The notes under the pieces: model-generated | Databases searched by the model: none | What the model saw: only the letters and a program-made list of their open reading frames with translations | What the model was told of the DNA's origin: nothing | Program-made: the position numbers and the translations under genes | Part shown: piece after piece, positions 1 through 54,190 of the stretch | How the letters are laid out: every line of letters begins with the position of its first letter | How positions within the stretch are numbered: position 1 is the stretch's first letter | Source: the human T2T-CHM13v2.0 reference genome, Homo sapiens | Assembly (NCBI RefSeq): GCF_009914755.1 | Contig: NC_060943.1 | DNA: 64,000 nucleotides | Reading direction: 5' to 3' (one strand)

Positions 1-7520
<7,520 letters not shown>

Positions 7521-8159
7521 CTTAGCTCCTTTTCCTGTTTCACACCACCAGCTCATTTCCTCTCCACTGCTTCCCCCTCCCTGCCAGCCTCTCCCTTCCC
7601 CCTCTACAGCCTCCCCACCCCTCACTGCCTTCCTCTGTGGAGTGACCTCAGGCCCTCATTGGGGCCAAGGAGAGACTCCCTTCCAACCTAAACTTCTCCC
7701 AAGGTGCTGGGCAATCTCAGACCCCCTTCCCTCTCCACTCCAGGACAGGGGCCTTTCCCAGGACCCAGAGGGCACCAGGAATGTGGGGCAGAGAGCGGGG
7801 AGGCAGCCTAAGTCCAGGAAGCGAGAACCCTCGCCTCCCCCGAGACTTGTCTCCTTCCAGCCTCTGGTGCAGACCTCATGCCACCCCTTACTCCCTGTCC
7901 CTCCTGGGGCCTCTGGGCCTTAATTTCTCCTCTACAAAATGGGCAGACTCGCCTCTGTCCCACTTAGAGTCCCAGGGGAGTGCATGCTCACAAATGTCCA
8001 TTGTATGATTAATGTGCAGGAATTGGAGTTTGTATTAACAGGAGATGAGAGCTGGGAGCTGGGACTGGGCTCTGAGCCTGTCCCCCACCCCCAGTCACGT
8101 ACAGATGTTCCCCATATTTAGGGCAAAGGAACAGACTGGAAGTAGAGACAGCAGAGAAT

Positions 8160-8600
8160 GTGTGTGATTCACTGGCGACTGTCATGATGAGACCATGTGA
8201 GGCTATGGGTTAGTGTGCAATTGTGACACGATGGTGTGTGTGACCCTGTGTGCACCTGTGTGACTGTGCGTGACTGTGGGAGGTGGGATTGCAGGGTGTG
8301 ACAAGTCACTGTGACGTGCACAGCTATGGGACAGTGAGGTTGTGTGCGTGACATGTATATGACTGTATGTGACTTGTGAATATGGGTGAGACTAAGGGAG
8401 AGTTGTGAGTCTGTATGACCATGTCACTCAGTGTGACCGTGGGGGTGAGGGTGACGGTGTGAGAGTGTTTGCCTCATGACAGTTGGGGAATGTGTGTTGT
8501 TGGAATGTGACTGAGGACTCTGTGGGTGACTGTGAAGTGTGTGAGTGTGTGACGGTGTTAATGGGTGTGGTTGCATGACATTGTGTGTGACTTTCAGCTT
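8160..8600. repeat. Degenerate TG-rich low-complexity tract (second copy-like tract at about 11200-11520)
   Basis: Recurrent GTGACTGTG and TGTGTGA units. Confidence 0.7.
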
Positions 8601-8643
8601 GTGTCATAAAAAGACTGTATAATAAGACATTAAAAAAAAAAAA

Positions 8644-11045
<2,402 letters not shown>

Positions 11046-11599
11046 CTATGTCTGCGAGTAACCACACAACTGCATACTGCGTATATTTATTTCATGACAA
11101 TCCTTCCTTGAACCCCTGCTCTTAACGATTTTGGGGACCCAGTGGTGACCCAGATGTCCTGGCTCTACCCTCCTGGGCCACACAGGCTAGCAGGGCAACA
11201 GTGTTTGTGATGAAACCCGGTGATTGCGTGAATGTGTGGGTGATTGACAGTGTTGTTGGAACTGTGAGACACTGTGAGCGTTACTGTGTGTGTGCAGGAG
11301 TCCATAGCCCTGGGTACATGACTGTGTGTCACAGTGGATGACTGTCCACCTGTGAGTGAGAGACTGTGGCTGTCTGGGTGTGACCATGGGACTGTATGGG
11401 TGTGACTGAATGTGTGACTGTGTGAGTAACAGCTTGTGAGGTTCTGTGACTGTGCCTTTCCATGGCTCAGCCTATGGGATTGTGTGTGACACTGCATGTT
11501 TGATTGAGTGACTGAGGCTCTGGGAATGAGTGGCGGTGGGGGCGGGTACCTGTGGGTGGGACAGCATGAGAGATTGTACACACTTGGTGCAGGGGTCCT

Positions 11600-11790
11600 C
11601 AGGACGATAAGGACAATTCAGTAACTGCCCTCCCTCATGACCTTGATGACTGCCCCCTGCTCGGCTCTCTGCCCCAGAGCTCCCCGCTTCCGTTCCCTGT
11701 CCCGCCTTGGCCCCGCCCCCTCCCATCACCCCGGGCTGCCAGCGCCTGTCACCTCTCCCAGAGCCGAGACAAGGCAGTGGAGGCAGCGGT
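11600..11790 (+). promoter_or_regulatory. GIPR: GIPR TATA-less proximal promoter
   Basis: Sp1-type GGCCCCGCCCCC at 11709-11720, TGACCTTGA (SF-1/ERR-type element) at 11638-11646, directly upstream of exon 1. Confidence 0.65.
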
Positions 11791-11836
11791 GGCAGGGGCT
11801 GCAGGAGCAAGTGACCAGGAGCAGGACTGGGGACAG
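11782..11836 (+). other. GIPR: GIPR non-coding exon 1 (5' end approximate)
   Basis: Ends at donor CAG|GTGAGG (GT at 11837-11838) just downstream of a GC-box promoter. The exact TSS cannot be read from sequence. Confidence 0.75.
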
Positions 11837-13059
11837 GTGAGGGCTCCCCAATCCCAGCCCATTCTCCCTGCCCCCCCTTGACCCCTCAAGTCTCTGGCAC
11901 TCTCCCTCTCTGCTTCTCTGCCCTGCCTTTGTCTCTCTGTCTCTGTGCCCACCACCATCTCTGCTCATCTCTGTCTCTTGATGTCTCTGTCTGCGTGTTT
12001 CCATCTCTGGTTAGCTGCTAGATAACTTCTCTTTCCCCTGCTCTGTCTCCCTCCACGTCTCTGCCTCTTCTTTGTCTCCTAGCCCACATCTGCGTCTCTT
12101 TCTCTGTTTGTTTTTCTCTGGTCTCTGGCTGGGGGTCTCATTCTGTCCCTCCGTCTCTGCGCCTCTCAGTCTTTACATTTCTGTCTCTTGTGTCTGTGAC
12201 GCCGTTGTCTGTCCTTCTGAGGCTCGACCTGAGATCCTCTCTGCTTCCGTCTTTCTCTACGTGGAGCCGCGGGGGCGCGGGTGAGTGGGTGTCGGGCGTT
12301 AGACCGATTTCCAGGCATCTGCACATCTAACCCCGGATCTGTCGCTTCTCTAGTCCCTAAGTATTTGGATGCTGGGAAAGGGTTGTTCCACTTACTCTGG
12401 GCTTTATCTACCCCCAGCGGGGAAAGTTTTGTAAGGTCAGGTTCCTATGTGTGCTAGAAAACCCTTTGGGCTTGGAGAGTGGGAGCTCGGATGGGCGTTT
12501 CAAGTTCTCCACCAGGCTGTGGGAACTCAGATGGGCGTTTCAAGTACCCCACTAGGGGGTACTGAAAACCTTCAAGTTTTTCAGTTCCCCATAGAAAAGG
12601 GGTCTAGGCTGACGGTTTCTACCCCCTCCTCTCCAAGGCGGTCCCCGGGTTCCCAGGAGTCTGTAGGTCCAGACTTGCGGTGACACTGACACTTCCGCCC
12701 AGCGTAGCTCTAGGGCAACCGCCCGCTCAGCAAACACCCCCCCCTTCCACCTTTGCTGCCCCAACAACAGTCAGGGGAGGCCGGGGAATCACTTAAGGGG
12801 CCCCGCCCACCACCGGAGTTCCACCCACTCCGCGTGCCTCTCCCTCCCCCCAGATCATCACGCCTGGGAGTTGCGGGAGCGGGTGCGCTGCCTCGGAGTC
12901 CCGCGTGTATACGGCTCCCCAGCCGTCTGCCCCTGTGTGTGAATCCCTGAGGCGGGGTGACGCTGGGGTTGGAGTAGGAGGGCAGAGGTGCTGACCTTGC
13001 CCTGGGACCCTCCAGGCCTGATCGCCCCTGCACGAACCAGACCCTTCGCCGCCCTCACG

Positions 13060-25468
<12,409 letters not shown>

Positions 25469-25947
25469 GGGGCGGGATCCCCGTGTCTGTTCAGTTAGCA
25501 TGGATTTATTGAGTGCCAACTGCGTGCCAGGCCCAGTACGGAGGACGCTGGGGAAATGGTGAAGGAAACAGAAAAAAGGTCCCTGCCCTTCTGGAGATGA
25601 CAACTGAGTGGGGAAAACAGACCGTGAACACAAAACATCAAGTTCCACACACGCTATGGAATGGTTATGAAGGGAAGCGAGAAGGGGGCCTAGGGTGGTC
25701 TGGGAGGCGTCTCCAAGGAGGTGACACTTAAGCCATCCCCGAAAGAGGTGAAAGAGATCACTTTGGGGAGAGCTGGAGAACAGGATTCTAGGCGGAAGCG
25801 ATAGCATAGGCAAAGGCCCTTGGGCAGGAAGGCGCTCAGCCTTGGCTGGAGTAGAATTAAGTCAGAGCCAACAGGTGGGGAGAGACAGAGAAGTGGGCAG
25901 GGGCACCCAAGTTGGGATTTCATTTCAGGTGCATTGGAGATTCTTAG

Positions 25948-26418
<471 letters not shown>

Positions 26419-27234
26419 TAGGAGGACAAATTATCAGGGGCAGGGGTGGAAGCTGGAGCCCAGAAAGGAGGGGACTGCAGGTGGGAAGTGATGGTGGCTG
26501 GACCAGGATGGAGGCCACTGAGGGGTATGAAGCAGTCGGATTTGAAGCTGTTTAAAAGGTGGAGGTGAGAGGATTTCATGAAGGAGCACATGAGGACACA
26601 GCAGCAGAGAGGACTCCTTGGCTTTGGATGGTGGAGAGACTAAAGATAGAGAGATTGGGTTCGGGTAGGGGGAGAACCACGTGTGCTCTTTGGAAAGGTT
26701 AGGCTGGCAGTGTTTGTAGGACATGACAGGACACTGAGTGTAAGGGTCTGGAGCTCTCAGGAGAGGGGCGAGCTGGAGATAGTAATGTGAGAGGCACTGG
26801 GTCCTGAGAGGGTGATTTGGTGTGGACCGGAGCACAGGTGAGGCAAGGCAGGCCTCGCAGCTGAAACTTTATATCCAGAGCAGCCAGGGCCACTGCTGGC
26901 TGCGGAGTGAGGACGCATATCCCCACTGTCCTTAGATGGGTGGCCCCTGGAACCTGGGAGAATGAGGGGGCATGCTGACAGTCTCATTGTGGCTGGACCA
27001 CCTGTACATACACCCACAAGACCCTCACCCCTAAATCCTCCCCCTACACATATGCACACTTAAGTTACCGTATGGGTGTTGTCGAGCATTTTCCCTGGGG
27101 TCTGTGGCTCCCTGGACCGACATGCCCCAAAGCTGAACTCAGCCTTTTCAAGCTTGCGGCCCTGCTGCCCAATTCCCCTACACCCTGCCTTGTGGGTTCT
27201 CGCGGGGTGGGGGCCTTAGGGCAAGGCTCTTGTA

Positions 27235-27240
27235 AATAAA
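27235..27240 (+). terminator. GIPR: GIPR polyadenylation signal AATAAA
   Basis: TGTAAATAAA followed about 20 nt later by a T-rich downstream element; first canonical signal I found after the stop codon, implying a 3' UTR of about 1.8 kb. Confidence 0.75.
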
Positions 27241-28106
27241 GTATAAGAAACAGTTGCTTTTTTTCTTTCTTGGGTAGAAGCATCTTCTTGGCAGTGTCAC
27301 AAAGGGAAATGACCGAGGCAGGCTGCCTGGTGGAGTAGGGGCCCGTGGTGGCTTTACTCAAATTTATCCATGTGTTGCTACAAGAAAACGGGACACCTGC
27401 TGCCACTGTCCCTCCTAAGAGAGTCCCCAAGTGGCCATGTTACATGTGATCTGTGACATATACGATCAGATGTTACCTGCATCCTAGGGTCGCCTGGCAT
27501 GCCCATGAGTGACGCTTAGGACCGTGCCTGGTGCTGGTGTGTGGACAATGCTGGGCCAGTTTGCCCAGGGCTATGCCTGCCACCTCTACTTTTATTTCAC
27601 CCTCTGGAGGCGGACGCATTGGAAAGCATGTGGGGCAGGAGGTGAGGAAGGAAATTCAGACAAGCTGAGCAGAGCGGCCAGGACTGGAATCTTGGGTGCC
27701 AACCCGCAAGGTGGGGAAACTGATTTCCATTTCCCAGTAATTACAGGTCAATACCACACCTGAGAAGGCAGGCAGGAATGGAACCCAGACTGACTCCAGG
27801 GCTGTGTTGCTTCCTGTATCAGAACCAAACCCCGGGTGACCTCCTGTTGCATGCCCCTTGTCCCAACTTTATAGATTAGGACACTGCAGCTCCATCTTGC
27901 TACCCAAGAGTTAAGACTTTTTCTGGAGGACCTGGCTCCCCGGGTTTGGAAATAGTACCATTGTTTCCTAACTGGGTGACCCCGAGCAAGTTGCTTACCC
28001 TCTCTTGGCTTCAACGATCTCATCTATAAAATGGGATCACTTAGGTCGGGCGTGGTGGCTCACGCCTGTAATCCCAGCACTTTGGGAGGCCGAGGCGGGT
28101 GGATCA

Positions 28107-28382
<276 letters not shown>

Positions 28383-28419
28383 TTAGATGTAGTAAATGCA
28401 CGCCTTTATAACCCCATAA

Positions 28420-28758
<339 letters not shown>

Positions 28759-28922
28759 TGATCCGCCTGTCTTGGCCTCCCAAAGTGTTGGGATTACAGG
28801 GCGTGAGGCACCACGCCCGGCCCCAGGCTGTGCCTTTCACAGCTCAGAGCAGGGCACACATCTCACTGAGTGTGCACTGACCTCAGGCCTGCAAACTCTT
28901 GCACCTTTCAGGTGTTTGCCTA

Positions 28923-29105
<183 letters not shown>

Positions 29106-30235
29106 TCAATTGAGCCTGGGCAGTCAAGGCTACAGTGAGCCATGATGGTGCTGCTGCACTCCAGCTTGGCAGACAGAATGACACCCTGTCTCAAAAAAAA
29201 AAAAAAAACAACAAAAAACAAAGATATGGGGAGCACACGATGTGTGTGTCAGAGCAACACAGGGAATTTCCTTAATCCCCCCAGTATATACCACCTCCCT
29301 TTCCCACCTCCATTTATCTCCCCAAATTTGTCAGAGAATTCCTCTCAAGGGTAATGCAGTTGAATCTGAGGGGCAGCAGAGCTCAGGGGTGAAGCCACAG
29401 GCTCTGGAGGTGAGTTTAAATCACAGCACCACCACTTCCTGGCTGGTTGTCCCCGCAAAGTGACATTGCCTCTCTGTGTCTCAGTTCCTTCTTCTGGAAA
29501 AGGGGGATAATAAATTAACAGGCCCGCGCCAGAGCTGTTGGGAGGATGTTTGAAAAGCGCTGAGCCTGGCCTGGCACCTAAACAGCTCAGCAAGTGTTAG
29601 CCAGGATCACTAGCAGTAATATTTAGCTACTGACTGCTTTCTTTTCTTTTCTTTCTTCCTTTCTTTCCTTTTTTTTGAGAGGTAGTCTTAGAATCTGTTG
29701 CCCAGGCTGGAGTGCAGTGGCGCGATCTCAGCTCAGTGCAACATCCGTCTCTTGGTTCAAGCTATTCTCCTGCTTCAGCCTCCCAGGTAGCTGGGACCGC
29801 AGGCGTGCACCACCATGCCTGGCTAATTTTGTATTTTTAGTAGAGACAGGGTTTCACCACGTTGGCCAGGCTGGTCTCAAACTCCTGAGCTCAGGTGATC
29901 CACCCGCCTGGCCTCCCAAAGTGCTGGGATTACAGGTGTGAGCCACTGCACCCGGCCCTTTTTTCTGTTTCTTATCTATTTAGTTTAGAGATAGTATCAC
30001 ACTGTCTATAAAACTCACAACCATTCTCCCAGGCTAGTCCTAAACTTCTGGGCTTAAGCAATGCTCTCACCTCAGCCGCTGTGCTGGTGGCACTGACTGC
30101 GTTCATCACCTGTCTAATCCTCCTGTCTTTCAGGGCAGACCAGAGGCTCCTGGGTACCTGGTGCCCCTGCACTGCAACACAGGGCTGGACACACAGGGGG
30201 CATTTGGGGGATGTTTGCTGAAGGAACAAACATAA

Positions 30236-30463
<228 letters not shown>

Positions 30464-31014
30464 TGATCTCAAACTCCTGACCTCAGGTGATCCACCCGCC
30501 TTGGCCTCCCAAAGTGTTGGGATTACAGGTGTGAGACACCACGCCCAGCCAGTTTTTGTATTTTTAGTAGAGACAGCGTTTTACCATGTTGGCCAGGCTG
30601 GTCTCGAATTCCTGACCTCAGGTGATCTGCCCGCCTCCACCTCCCAAAGTACTGGGATTACAGGTGTGAGCCACCATGCCTGGCCCCAAAAGATACTTTG
30701 GTCAAGCGAGGCCAATTCATTATAAGAGGTAGAGAAGAGAGCAACAGAGTGACAAGGAGAAGCTCAGGAAGATTAAAGCAGGAGAGCTAAAATGTTCTCC
30801 AGAGCCACAACTGGGCGCTCATTTCCATGCAAACTGTTTGCTTTGCAGATGGAGAAAGTGAGGCCTCGATGGGGCAGAGCCAGGGCCTCTCCACTTGCTC
30901 AGGGGTCCTGCTCCCACCATTCAGTCCGATACCAGCTGCCTCCCCCAAGCCCTCCTGAATCCACCCCACTCCCAAGGCTCTGGAAACAGATACCACTAGA
31001 AAAAAACACAGAGC

Positions 31015-31020
31015 TTTATT
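31015..31020 (-). terminator. SNRPD2: SNRPD2 polyadenylation signal AATAAA
   Basis: TTTATT on + strand, 70 nt beyond the stop codon. Confidence 0.85.
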
Positions 31021-31089
31021 ATTCTCAACACCAATGGCAGCGGTCTTCATAGGACAGAGGAGTGAGTTCTGTCAACAGACAGGCGGCCC

Positions 31090-35428
<4,339 letters not shown>

Positions 35429-36243
35429 GATGGTCACTACGCTCTCCGTTCACTCCCGTTTCCTCCGCGTTGCTGCTGCCTGAGGAGAGAGAGGCGGGAC
35501 TTCCTCTTCCTGCGACCCACTTCCGTTGGCGCCTGCGCAAAGCCAACCAGTAAGTGGAGGCGTGGCCTGTTGCCACAGCATTCCCCACCAACGGTGCACA
35601 ATGATGGAATAAAAGCTTCGGGTAGGGGTTCGCGGCCAGTCAGAACCACACGGGGGCAGATGTTTATGACAATGAAGACAAAAGGAAAGGCGGTCTGATT
35701 CAAACCGTTTCTTGAAGAATGGTACAGGTTGAAGGAGGGAAATGACAAGCTATTTCCAAATGCCCGCCGGCCGTGACTTCGGGGGCGCGGCCTCCGTGAA
35801 GCCAATCCGCTCCTCGCTTCGGAGACAGGCACCGCCCCTCTTCCCTCTGGGACGCGTTACTGACGTATCTACTGATCTTTCCGACCCTGCGCCACCAATC
35901 CCCTGCCTACATCCGGAAGGGGCATGGACCTGCGCCCGGGAGATCGAATATTTTCCATGATCAAACGCTGTTCATTGGCTTTCCCTCCTCCGCTAAGGCG
36001 GAGCCTACTTCTCTTGCGCTCCCATTTGGGTCGTGCCATTCTCAGGGGAACCAACCCCAATACCTAAGGGAGGCTGGGAGGCGTGTCCTCAGGACCGTAG
36101 TTCTTATTGGTTTCGCTGCTCGCTGTGGGGTGGGCTGGTGCAGCCGCAGCTGTTGCTTATTGGCCCACCGATTCCATGGGGAGGAACTTGGCTGGGCCTA
36201 AACTCAATCCGTGGTCTGGTACAGGTTTCAGGGCAAAGCGGCC

Positions 36244-46588
<10,345 letters not shown>

Positions 46589-46812
46589 CGTGCTTGGCCA
46601 ATGACTGTGGAGAGGACTGTGAGAGAGAAGGTCCCAGCGGGGGCCAGTGAAGCTCAGGCAGGATCTGCCTAGGGTGTGCTGGTTTGTCCTTTTCATACCT
46701 TTGTCTCCTAATTGTGCTACAATTGGAAGACCTTCTTTCTTTTGATTGTCTCAAGCTGCCACCCTTCAAGGACAGGGAAGAGACCACTGTGGGATGACAG
46801 CCAGAGGAATAA

Positions 46813-47544
<732 letters not shown>

Positions 47545-48897
47545 CTATTACTGGTCTGGCCCAGTGATGCCACCCAGCTAGATGAATTCTCTGTGGTTTG
47601 TGTTGTGTCAGTTCATTCTCCAGAACAGCAGCCTTGCTACTGCACCAGTCCTAACCTAACTCCCACACGGGGCACACAGAGGATGTCCTCATAACCAGGC
47701 ACAGAGGAGACAGAAGCTCATATTTTGGAAGTCCAGATTCTTCCAGACCCAGTGGGTAATAAGCCATTGTTTCTGGCTGGGCATGGTGGTTCACACCTGT
47801 AATCCCAGCTCTTTGGGAGTCAGAGGCAGAGGGATAGCTTGAGCTCAGGAGTTTGAGACCAGCCTGAGCAACAGAGCATGACCCCATTCTCCAGAAAAAA
47901 GAAAGAAAAAAAAAAGCGTAACCAATGTTTCTGCAAAACACCACCTGCATAAGCCAGGTGTGGTGGTGCACACCCTGTAGTCTCAGCTATTCAGGAGGCT
48001 GAGGTGAGAGAATCCCATGAACCCAAGAGTTCAAGACCAGCCTGGGCAACACAGTGACACCCTGTCTCAAAACAAACACCACCACCACCAACAACAACAA
48101 AAAAGGCCATTCTGTAGAACTCGTGTAAATAGACATTGCATGACAAGGGGGATCTGAAATCCAAGAAGAGGGTGAGACAACATAAAATGAGTTTCCTCAC
48201 TGCATCATGTGAATTTTTAAGACAGAACCCAGAGGCTCCCAAAGTATTTCACTATGGAACACTTTTTATTGGGAAGCACTTCATAGAACTAGGATACTTC
48301 GGCCGGGCATGGTGGGTCACACCTGAAATCCCAGCACTTTGGGAGGCCGAGGCCAGCAGTTCAGCTGAGCTCAGGAGTTCGAGAGCAGCCTGGACAACAT
48401 GATGAAACCCCATCTCTACTAAAAATACAAAAATTAGCCAGGTGTGGTGGCATGAGCCTGTAATCCCAGCTACTTGGGAGGCTGAAACAGGAGAATTGTT
48501 GGAACCTGGTGGCAGAGGCTACAGTGAGCCAAAATCACGCCACTGCACTCCAGCCTGGGCAATAGAGCGAGGCTGTCTCAACAAACAAACAAAATACAAC
48601 AACAACAAAAAGAACTAGGATACCTCAGAAGGTACTTTGGAAAACATGGGGTTTTGAAAGTCTGAGAGCATCTATGAGAGGAATGGGTAAGACAGATCTA
48701 GATTTACCGCAGAGTAGTTAGGGCACACTGTCTTTCCCCTTCAGCTGTTGGTACAGCACTGTGAGATGGCAGTGTAACTGCAAACTCCAATGAGCAAGTA
48801 TTTCCCAACCCTACCTAATTTTCAGACTCAGCTGGGGTGCTCATTAAAAAATGCAGACTGGGTGCAGTGGCTCATGGCTGCAATCTCAGCACTTTGA

Positions 48898-49161
<264 letters not shown>

Positions 49162-49471
49162 TGATCCGCCTGTCTCGGCCTCCCAAAATGCTGGGATTAC
49201 AGGCGTGAGCCACCGTGCCTGGCCCACGCTGTCCTTAAGGAGACACTTTGGTGCATACACAGCTGCTCAGCAAACCGACTCAAAAGAAAAACCTGAGACA
49301 GATGGCACCTGGAAGCAGTCCTACGCTGTGTAGGTGAGCATCTGCCCTCCAAATCAGCTCCAGGGCTGAAACTCGGGGTATCAAATGAGAGGATAAACAT
49401 AGGTCCTCAATTTAGGTTCTTCCACATTCGCTGACATTTATTGAGCATCTACTATGTGCCAGGCATCATGA

Positions 49472-49865
<394 letters not shown>

Positions 49866-50794
49866 TAACCTCAGGTGATCCACCTGCCTCGGCCTCCCAC
49901 AGTGCTGAGATTACAGGCATCGAGCCACCATGCCTGGCCAATTTTTGCATATTTAGTAGAGATGAGTTTTGCCATGTTGGCCAGGCTGGTCTTGAACTCC
50001 TGACCTCAGGTGTCCACCCGCCTTGGCCTCCCAAAGTGCTGAGATTACAGGCGTGAGCCACCGTGCCCAGCCCATGAGAACTTTTTTTTTTTACATATAC
50101 AAAACTATGTAGTCTCCCTGACTACAAATCCTGAAATAGGTACAATTTCAGTTCTCATTTTGCAGGTGAGGTGGCTGAGACTGAGAATTGCAAACGAGTT
50201 GTGTATGGTGTGCAAATTTTCACTCACAGCTGTGCTCGCAACCCCCATGTCCTATCTCCCTTCCAAAAAGTACCTGTGGCTGGGTGCGGTCACTCACCCC
50301 TGTAATCCCAGTCCTTTGGAAGGTTGAGGCAGGAGGACTGTTTGAGCCCAGAAGTTCCCGACCAGCCTGGGCAACAAAGACCCTGTCTCTACAAAAAAAA
50401 TTAAAATTAGCTAGTATGGTGCCTGTGGTCCCAGCTACTTGGGAGGCTGAGGCAGGAGGATCTCCCGAGCCCAGGAGTTTGAGGTTACAGTCAGCTATGA
50501 TTGTGTCACTGCACTCCGGCCTGGGTGACAGAATGAGACCCTGTCTCAAAAAAATAAAAATAAAAATACCCCAAATACACCCCCACCACTACCAAAAAAA
50601 AAAATACACTTGTGCCAGATGAAATTTGTTAAGAAAAAGTATCCATAGAATTTTAACTTTAATCTGCTTTATGCAGATTTTTGGCTTGAATCTGGGGTAA
50701 GAACTGTTAGCCCTGTTGTACAGATGAGGCTGCTGGTGCCTGGCAAGTTCCCGCAGCCAGCAAACCCTTTTATCTTTTTTTTTTTTTTTTCTAG

Positions 50795-51037
<243 letters not shown>

Positions 51038-51850
51038 TGAGATTACAGGCATGAGCCACTGTGCCCAGCCTTGCATTTTTCATTTGTAAAAGTTATGTCA
51101 GTGGGTTTTTTTTCCCTTTCCTACCTACTAGGCCATTTTGATTTTTTTTTTTTTTTTTTTTTTTAGTTTTGGCTTCCTTGCTGATAATTCCAAGCTTTTA
51201 AAATTTTTAAACAGTTTAAAATAAATTTTGTATTATAATCTGTGATTGACAGTTTCATCATGTGAAGCCTATGTGGGTGTTTTTGTTGTTTCTGCTGGTT
51301 CTTATTCATATTATTTCCATTTGTTTGGTTATTTGTGTACTACTCATTACCTGAAAAATTATTTGTGGTGGGCTGGGTGCGGTGGCTCACACCTGTAATC
51401 CCAACACTTTGGGAGACCAAGGCGGGCAGACTGCTTGAGGTCAAGAGTTCAAGACCAGCCTGGCCAACATGGTGAAACCCCATCTCTACCAAAAAAAAAA
51501 AAAAAAAAAAAAAAAAATTGCTGGGCGTGGTGGTGGGTCCCTGTAATCCCAGCTACTTGGGAAGCCTAGGCAGTAGAATCGCTTGAACCGGGGAGGCGGA
51601 GGTTGCAGTGAGCTGAGATTGTGCCACTGCACCGTAGCCTAGGCAACAGTGAGACTCCATATCCAAAAAAAAAAAAAAAAAAAAAAAAAAAAGCCAGGCG
51701 TGGTGGCTCACACCTGTAATCCCAGCACTTTGGGAGGCCAAGGTGGGTCAGGAGTTCAAGACCAGACTGGCCAACATGGTGAAACCTTGTCTCTACTAAA
51801 AATACAAAAAATTAGCCAGGTGTGGTGGTGCGCACCTGTAGTTCCAGCTA

Positions 51851-51958
<108 letters not shown>

Positions 51959-52169
51959 TCAAAACAAACAAACAAAAATATTTGTGGGGCTTCTAGATGA
52001 CAGTTCCTTCCACAGGTGGACTTGTGTTTGTTTCTGCCAGACATGTCAGCTAGAAGTACCCTGTATCACACAGGACGTGAACCTGGCTGCGAACCTGTGC
52101 CGAGGGCCAGTCTGTGACCACAGATTATCAGAATCTTTCTTTTTTTTTCATTTGATTTCTGCCTCTTGA

Positions 52170-52583
<414 letters not shown>

Positions 52584-53141
52584 TAGCCAGGATGATCTCG
52601 AACCGCCCGCCTTGGCCTCCCAAAGTGCTTGGGATTACAGGAGTGAGCCACCGCGCCCGGCTCCCACATATCATTCTCTTAACTATTTGGCGTGGTGGGT
52701 CTTTACTGTATTTTATTGGCTATTTGATCCTTTGAAGGGCATTTTTTTTTCAGTTGTTCTCAACAGGAAGGTCCGAATAATCTAACTCACCCTCCCCACA
52801 AGATTCAAACCCAGGTCTTATTGATTCTAAAATCTAAGCATTGAATCACTACCATAATGTATCCTAGTCCTCTGGAAATTCTGATTTCCGGAGAAGAATG
52901 TCAGAGACTTAGCTGCCTCTCAATATCCATTTTTCCCTTCCTTTAAACTGAAAATTTAAGATATCCAGCTGGGCGTGGTGGCTCATCCCTGTAATCCCAG
53001 CACTTTGGGAAACTGAGATGGGTGGATTACTGGAGGCCACGAGTTCGACAGCAGCCTAGACAACGTGGTGAAACCCCGTCTCTACTAAAATACAAAAATT
53101 AGCCAGCTGTGGTGGCGAGTACCTGTAATCCCAGCTACTCA

Positions 53142-53243
<102 letters not shown>

Positions 53244-53484
53244 TCAAATAAATAAATAAAAAATTAAGTGGCTATTTAAAAACTTTAATTACAGGGATTT
53301 TTAGTAAAGAGTGTTTTGTTGGGCATATTGCACCCAGCTAAAAGACTGCATTTCCTAGACTCATGCAGCCCTTCTGTGGCTAAGTCTGACGGGTGAGATG
53401 TATATAGAAGCATAGTGTAGTGCTTCTGGGAGGAAGGGGGCCTCCCTTCCAGCAAAATGGTGATAGTAAAAGCAATATAATCTT

Positions 53485-53979
<495 letters not shown>

Positions 53980-54184
53980 CTACTACTATTTTGAGATTTT
54001 TCAAATCCAAATTGACACAGATGAGAAGAGTAAAAAATAATCTCAGGCTAAGGGACTTGGCTAGGGATCCCTTCTCTTTCCACTTTTTCCATCCCCCATA
54101 CACAGGCCTACAACTCCCCTCTCTTCCCAAACCCTCCCTTCACAACACACAAACCAGTCTGCACACAGCCTTATAAATATTGAT

Positions 54185-54190
54185 TTTATA
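54185..54190 (-). terminator. FBXO46: Probable FBXO46 poly(A) signal (variant TATAAA) with GT-rich downstream element
   Basis: Minus strand reads CTATAAAATCAATATTTATAAGGCTGTGTGCAGACTGGTTTGTGTGTTGTG, about 1 kb past the stop. Confidence 0.55.

Noticed and set aside
27400-27860. Unique sequence with E-box-like CATGTG motifs between the GIPR and SNRPD2 3' ends
   Set aside because: Short motifs at chance frequency; an enhancer cannot be supported from sequence alone.
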